Origin: Neocallimastix sp. 'constans'
Taxonomy: Eukaryota
Direction: 5' to 3'
Assembly: GCA_050613775.1 (NCBI GenBank)
Contig: JBODTK010000103.1
Span: 62,001-126,000, forward strand
Length of the DNA stretch: 64,000 nt
Positions within the stretch are counted from its first letter, which is position 1. Each line of letters opens with the position of its first letter. Shown here one piece after another: positions 56,373-64,000 of this stretch. The translations under genes were made by a program, and so were the position numbers. Below the pieces are notes generated by a model. It was given only the letters and a program-made list of their open reading frames with translations, was not told the DNA's origin and did no database searches.

Positions 56373-58171
56373 TAAATATATTTATAATTGTTTATTATTA
56401 AAAAAAAATATAGATATATAGATATATATATTTATTTTTATATAATGATTGTATTTCTTTCTTTCGTTATATATATATATATATTTTATTTTATTTTATT
56501 TTATTTTATTTTTTTAAACTTATAATAATAAGAGAAAATAGTTCATAAATATATTATTTATGACTATTTTCTCTTGTAAATGCTTAATGAATACAAGTCT
56601 TATTATAGTACAGTATCAGTAATAAGTTATTTGATATTTAATGACTTTTCTGAACAGTCATTTGTGCATTTCATTAATTCCTTATTTATTTATACTTTTT
56701 CTATAAAAATAAAAAAAAAAAATTTTTTTTTTTGTATTTAATTATTTTATTATTTTTTTATTTTTATTTTTTTTTTTTATTTTATATAACATATAAAAGT
56801 TTATTTGTAATTTATAATAAATTAAATTAAATTGAAATTTTTAGTAGGAATGATAAAAAAAAATTTTTTTTTTAATAAAAAATTGTTAAAACTTCCTTTT
56901 ATATTAATAAAAAGAAAATCTTGCCTTTTTTTTTTTTTATTTTTATTTTAAATATAAAAGTTTAAATAATAGTAAATTTATGATAAAACAGAAAAATAAA
57001 TAAATATATAAATAAATAAAAAAAAAGTTTAATAATTATATAATTAAATAATAATTTAAACATTGAATAATTGAGTAATTATAAATAATAATAAATTAAA
57101 TGTAATACAATAGAATATATAAAATATAAAAAAAAATAATAAAATAAAAAAATTTTAAAAAATACAGAATATTAAATAAAAATAAAAATAAAAGTTATAA
57201 TTTTTTATTTTTTTATTTTATTTTATTTTGTTTATTTTAAAATTACATTATATATAAGAAATAATTAGTAAAATTTAATGAGATATAAATATTTTCTTTA
57301 TATAATTTTATTATATAAAGAGAAATAATAAAATAATAATACAATAATAATAATTAAAATAAATAAATATTTATTAATATAATTTCAAAATTTAAATAAA
57401 ATATTCTAATTTATAATAATTATTTTGGAATCAATTATTTAATAATTTAGCAATATGTATATAAAACCTTGTATAAAATAATATATTAAAAACCTAAAAA
57501 TAAAAAAAAAAGTTTAATAGTAAATTTTCAAAAGCAAAAACAAATATACATATAAAAAATAAAACGAAATCAATATAACAAAGACCAAAAAAAAAAAAAA
57601 AAAAAAAAAAAAGAATAAAAAATAGAAAAAGAAACATTCTTAAATATATTCAAACTTAATACATATGTATCAATAAAATAAAACAGAATAAAATTGAATA
57701 ACAAAATTATATTCAATTAATTAAATAAACAAAATTTTATGAATATATTAATGATAATAAATTAAATAAAAGTATTAAAGAAATATATTTGATATCAGAT
57801 TTTTTTAAAAATATTAATGTAATATATATTAATTTCAATAAAAATTAAAGAATAAAATTATTTTTTATTTTTCCTTTTTTTTTTTCCTCTCAATAAAAAT
57901 TGTAAGGACACTCTAAAATAATTGAAAATTAAATTTAAATAAAATCAATATAGTAAATTTTTTTATTTTTTTTATTTTTTTTTATAAAAAATTTATATAA
58001 AGATACATAATAAACTAAATTTTATATTCAGATACATACAACAATGGCAATATTTTTTTAATTTTAATAATTTATAAATTATTATATTTATTAAAATGCT
58101 TTTTTATATTATTTAATTATATAATACAAATATTTATATTTAATTTATAATTTATTTAATTTATTGTAATT

Positions 58172-58210
<39 letters not shown>

Positions 58211-58425
58211 CAATAATTTATACAAGTAAAATAATATCATAAATAATATTTATAATATTTTATATTATTAATAAAATTAATATATTATAATAAAAGATAA
58301 AAAAAAATAATAATTATAATAATTAATATCATTAAAAAAAAAAACAAAATCAAAAACAAATACAAAATTATTTAAATAGAGAGAAAAAAAATAAAATAAA
58401 ATAAAATATTAAAAATAATAATAAA

Positions 58426-58610
58426 ATGTTTCTAAAAAGAAATAATAAACATTTTTATAGATTTATAATAATTTTCTTAATCTTCTGTATATCAGTAAGT
58501 AAAATCAAGATTTTTTTTTTTTTTTTTTTTTTGATATATTTTAAAATAATAATAATATAATTATGATAATAAGTTATTAATAAGATATTAACTTATAATG
58601 TATATTTATA

Positions 58611-58645
<35 letters not shown>

Positions 58646-61547
58646 CATAAATTCATGTTTGATATAAAATAAATAAATTAATATTTCTTATAGTTAATAA
58701 CATTTATATTTCGAGATTTTACAGAAGAATTGACTGGAATTCAATATTTTGAATTTTTATTTTTCTATATTGAATTTATTTTTTATATCTTAGGAATATT
58801 ATTATTATATATTTCGGTATGCTTATATATTACACAAATTACATATCAATTATAATTATATTTATATTATTATTAATCTATTTTTCTTTTTTTATTTTTT
58901 TTTTTTTTTTATTTTTTTTTTTTTTTTAATTAGAATCAACCAAAATATATAAAGTTATATACTTCGTTTTATTGCGCTATCATTGTAATAAACATTTTAG
59001 CTCTTATTATTGAATATTTCGAAGATAAAGGTATTTTAAATAAATAAATTCAACTATTTAAATTTTAATAATGTTACAGTTTACTTAAATTTATATATAT
59101 ATATTTTTTATGAAATATACAGAAATATTTTTAGGTGTATTATGTACAATTTTTAGGGTAATTAATAAAAAAATTTTATAAAACATATATTCATTTTTTG
59201 TATCACCCAAAAAATAAAATTAATTAATTTTTTAATTTCTGAAAATATAAATTAAAAAAAAAAAAATTTTTTTTAAATTATTAATAAACTTTTTTTTTTA
59301 TTAATTATATGTATTAATATATTTGTAAAAAATTAAAAGATAATACTTATATTTACATTACTTTATTATCAAGTTAAATTTTATGTTAATGAAAAAAATA
59401 CTTCCAATGTTAAAACTAGAGATGTTAAAATTGATATAAATGAAAGTGATATTAAAAATTCTAACAATATTAATATCAAAGAAGATGCTGACAAAAAAGA
59501 ACAAAAAGGAAACGAAACAGACAAAAAAACTTTTCAAGGAGATAACTTTGATCAATTCACAGATGAAGATATTACTCAAACGGAAATATATGTTAATAAT
59601 GATAATAAAAAAAGTAATAAAGATGATAATAATTCAATTAAGGGAAAAAAGAGACGTCAGTATTGGAAAAATAAAAGAAACTTTTTCATAAATTATACAC
59701 GCTATATATTCAAAAGAAATTTTGGTAATAAAGATGAAGCTTTAAAAAGAAAATCATCTTCCTTAAAAGAATCATCGAAATCATTATCGAGATCTGTAAA
59801 TAAATCTATTAGAAGTCACAAGAGTCATAAAAGTAGCGTAAAGGCACCAAGTAATGAGGAAGCCTATTGCTATTCATTTTTCATTGATGAATCTATAATG
59901 GTTCCAGGTTATCATACAGATGGGGTTAAAACAATTTATATTGATGATGCGTTACCAATTGCTAAACCAAAACCAATTTATAGTTGTTCCGATGATAATT
60001 CTTCCAGTATTACACAAAAGATTCAAGAATCTGTTAAAAATAGAAATAAGAGGAAAGTAATAAAAGAAATTTATCATCATGATTATGTCTTGCCAAGTAT
60101 TTTAGAAAAAGATTCAAAAGAAATTGATGAAAATTATGGTACTGTTATGGAAACAAATTCTGAAATTGGAAACGAAACTGAAATAAATTTAGGCTTAGGA
60201 TTAGATTTGGATATGAATTTAGATATAGATTTTGATTTAGAGATAGAAAATGAATCTGAAATTGAAACCGAAACTGAATTAGATCGTAACCATTACTATT
60301 CCAATAAAGATATGGTTGATATAAGAGGCGATGAAAGTAAAAAGGAAGATAATATTACTTTTAATTCATTGATAAATCATCAATCCTATTCTCCTCATCT
60401 TTCACCAAAGGATGAATTAGAAGAAGAAAGTCTCATTGTAAGTATTGATCAAAATAATGAATTAAGTCAATCAAGATTATCAAGCCTTCCACTTTCTTCT
60501 CCATTAACTTCTTCTTATATCAAGGACCATTCTTTTATCCAAGATCACTCTTTAAATTATAATAATTCTGAACAAGAAAATAATTCAAATTTAACTGTAA
60601 ATATAAATCAAAAATATACTTCTCCTTCTCTTTTACATTATTCTCCACAAAAACCATTACCTGTAGCTTCGCAATCATCTTTATCTTTATCTTTATCCAA
60701 AGAATCTTTACCCTTCCAACAACAAAATCAATATAAAGATCACTATGATCATCAACTTCAGTATCATCCATCAACAATTTTATCTACTGTGTCTTCAATA
60801 AGATCATCAACTGCTGGTGATAATGAAAGTGATAGTCAAAGTCTTGTAGGGGCTAGTGAATTTAATAATCATAAATCTTTGATTAGAGCTAATGCCAATT
60901 CGATCACAGATAGTACTATTCTTACTCCTTCTACACCACCTACTACACTTGTAATGTCTACTATACCTTCTTCACCTACTACTCTTATAACGCCAACTAC
61001 ACCTACTATACCTTCTTCACCTACTACTCTTATAACATCTACTACACCTACTACACCTACTATGCCTTCTTCACCTACTACTTTTATAACGCCTACTACA
61101 CCTTCTTCATTTACTACAACTATAAGTACTATCACTAATACTACTAATGTAATACAAAAAAACCAAAATGAAATATCCTCTAATTTACCTCAAAAAGAAC
61201 ATTCTTTAAAGGAGAAGAAGAAAAAAAGACATAATAATCATAAAAATCATCATAAACATCGCCATACCTCAGATAAAATAAAAAAATCAAAGGATACTGG
61301 TTCTGAAATAGATCCAGCAACAGAAAATAAAAAGAAAAAGTCTAAAAAGAAGGAAGCCATTCTCTTAGATGATTTAATGATTCCAGAATCCATGAATATA
61401 TTGAAAGAAGATTTAATACATTACAATTATAATAAGTATGATTTCCCATCATCACCTTCTTCTCTCTCATCCACTATGTCATCTCCTTCCTCGCCTACTT
61501 CTACTTCTTTTAAGACAGAATCACCATTAATAAAAAGGTTTTATTAA
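58426..61547 (+). CDS. Hypothetical membrane protein, about four N-terminal TM helices plus a long disordered tail (about 843 aa); exons 58426-58494, 58694-58816, 58934-59030, 59123-59157, 59340-61547
   Basis: Four GT-AG introns give a continuous frame (2532 nt) MFLKRNNKHFYRFIIIFLIFCIS/LITFIFRDF...ILGILLLYIS/NQPKYIKLYTSFYCAIIVINILALIIEYFEDK/EIFLGVLCTIFR/IILIFTLLYYQ..., in frame with track ORF 59898-61547. Confidence 0.82.
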
Positions 61548-61879
61548 TTAAATGATTTTTTTTTTTCTTTAAAAAAAAAAAAAAAAAATAAAAAAAAAAC
61601 AAAAAAAAACAAAAAAAAACATATATATATATATAATTGCTATTTTATATAAAATATAAAATGTAATTTTTTTTTTCTATATTCTTTTTCTTATTATCAT
61701 TTACTATTTTTATTTTTATTTTTATTTTTATTTTTTATTTTTTTTTATTTTATTATTTGTAAAAAAAATAGTAAAACTATTTATTATTAAAAATTAAATA
61801 TTTAAAATTTCAATTAAAGGTCAAATGTTAAATTTATAGGTATTTATTTATTTAGTTTTTTTTATTATTATTACTATTA

Positions 61880-61941
<62 letters not shown>

Positions 61942-62144
61942 TATTTATTATATATTTATTAATATCATGTATCTATTAAATATAATTAATAAAATAGAAA
62001 AAAGATTTTTTTTTTTATTTTTTATATTTAAACTTTTTTTATTATTCTTTATTATATTTCATTAAATTCATTAAATAAATAAATATTTTACAAAAAAATA
62101 TATATATATATTTCATGCCTTGCTTAGTAGAGTTTTTATTTTTA

Positions 62145-62180
<36 letters not shown>

Positions 62181-62188
62181 AATAATCA

Positions 62189-62239
<51 letters not shown>

Positions 62240-62261
62240 TAAAAACAAACAAACAAACAAA

Positions 62262-62297
<36 letters not shown>

Positions 62298-62677
62298 ATG
62301 AATACTTTTTTTTTTTTTTTTTTTTTTTTTTTGAAAATAAACTATATATATATTTATTATTATTATTATTATATATTTATTATTATTATTGTTATATATT
62401 TATTATTATTATTGTTATATATATATTTATTATTATTATTATTATATAAATTGAAAAGAATTAATAATTTTTATCCTTAATAATTTTTTTTTACGTTTTA
62501 CAGAAACGACAAAAAAAAAAAATCTTTAAGCATTGGTGGTGGTAGTAGTTATTAATAATCCAAAAAAAAAAAAGAAAAAAAAAAAAAATAAAAAAGTCAT
62601 TCGCAACAGAACAATATTTTTTTTATACAATTTTTATTTATTTATTTATTTACTATTGATTTTAATTTTCATTTTCA

Positions 62678-62710
<33 letters not shown>

Positions 62711-63439
62711 TTTAATCTTTATTATTATTATTATTACTATTATTATTTTTTAGTTTAATATATAACATTTTAATTTTATTATTACATTTTAATTTTAATT
62801 TTAATTTTTTATTATTATTATTTTTTTTTTTTTTAAAATTTATTTTATTTTATTATTTAAAAAAAAAAATTTCGTTTGGTTTATGATTATGATTATTTTT
62901 ATTTTTATTTTTATTTTTTTTTTTTTCTTCTGAAACTATATAAATTATAAATATGAAAAGAAATATATATAAATATTAAATATTAAAGCATCAATAAAAA
63001 AAATTTTATTAACAGAAAATTTATATTAAAAAGAAAAAAAAAAAAAATTCTTTTTTTTTTACTTAGTTATAATATATATAAATTGATAAAATTGGTATAA
63101 ATTTATTTATTTATATAATGAATAAAAAAAAAAATTTTTTTATTATTCATTATATCTTTATATATATATAATATGTATTAAAAAAAATTTTTTTTTTTAT
63201 TTTTTTTCCCCCCTTTTTCATTATTTTAATATTTAATATTCATTCATTTTTTTTTTCTTGCCTATAAAAATAAATATTATTAAAATTATTTTGTCATATA
63301 CATAAATAATTTATATTTCAATAATTATTTCTTTCTTTGTGAAATATATTGTATATATAAATATATATATATATGAAATAAGTAAAAAAAAAAAAAAAAA
63401 AATAGTATTGATACTAATGAAAAATAATATTAAAAAAAG

Positions 63440-63470
<31 letters not shown>

Positions 63471-63614
63471 TATTATTCATGATTTACATTATGGTTAAAT
63501 TATTACGAAAGGAAATGATTATAAAAAAAAAAAAATTACTATTAATGAGATTATTGTATGGATAATGTGTATATTTTATAAATAATAATAGTGAGTATTA
63601 AAAAAAGAAAAAAA

Positions 63615-63659
<45 letters not shown>

Positions 63660-63727
63660 GATGAAAAAAGAAAAGATTGAATATTTTAATTTGTTATAAT
63701 ATTATTATTTGATGAAGATTTTATTGG

Positions 63728-64000
63728 TTAATTATGATAAGAAAATTTATTATTACTGTAAATTGTAGAGGTACGATTTTTAGACTTTTGCAGTATAGAT
63801 GAGTAATTTATTAAATCAGATTCATCTTCTGGTTTATGATAAAGTGTATCATCATTATTTTCAAAAGCTTCTAAAATTACAGATTGACTTTTATAATTTG
63901 ATAAGCCTTTAATACGATGGTTTATTCGTGGGAGGGATTGATATTTACTAGCAGTATTGAATGAACTTCGTCTTTTTGGTGAATAGAGGGTATTATTACT
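63728..64000 (-). CDS. 3' end of a hypothetical protein gene entering from beyond the window
   Basis: Open frame from the window edge, SNNTLYSPKRRSSFNTASKYQSLPRINHRIK...NKFSYHN*, with coding-like composition. Confidence 0.7.
   Translation of the reverse strand, partial: SNNTLYSPKRRSSFNTASKYQSLPRINHRIKGLSNYKSQSVILEAFENNDDTLYHKPEDESDLINYSSILQKSKNRTSTIYSNNKFSYHN

Noticed and set aside
34391..61135. Overlapping ORFs 34391-34660, 46956-47180, 59358-59579, 59440-59691, 60535-60777 and 60869-61135
   Set aside because: Alternate-frame or antisense shadows of real exons.
4817..62480. Numerous short track ORFs rich in I/Y/L/F/K (e.g. 4817, 12025, 13254, 13933, 15896, 25284, 27231, 37736, 51134, 52770, 62298)
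   Set aside because: They are translations of microsatellites and homopolymers at background AT content.

Overview
Extremely AT-rich eukaryotic DNA with GT-AG introns, long homopolymers and microsatellites. It most resembles an anaerobic gut fungus (Neocallimastigomycota); this is an inference from composition, intronless bacterial-type genes and the transposase type. Most short ORFs in the track are repeat artefacts. Real content: (1) three paralogs of a putative helix-turn-helix protein family sharing a 26/141/5-nt/long-exon structure with a 5-nt microexon (9715-11452 and 35938-34407 intact, 1873-3382 pseudogenised); (2) a four-exon, apparently helicase-less Dicer-like gene (47563-43777, about 1066 aa), with decayed copies of its last exon downstream; (3) immediately upstream of Dicer, a 4.9-kb Mutator-like element (9-bp TSD) holding a dead transposase and a 3.1-kb foldback inverted satellite, one unit of which also sits just past the Dicer stop; (4) an internally deleted copia-like LTR element with a 5-bp TSD, a mariner-type MITE, a candidate tRNA-derived SINE and a possible LINE endonuclease relic; (5) three dead or truncated bacterial-type enzyme genes (GT1-like glycosyltransferase, nitronate monooxygenase/FabK-like, alpha/beta hydrolase); (6) two hypothetical membrane proteins and the 3' end of a gene at the right edge.
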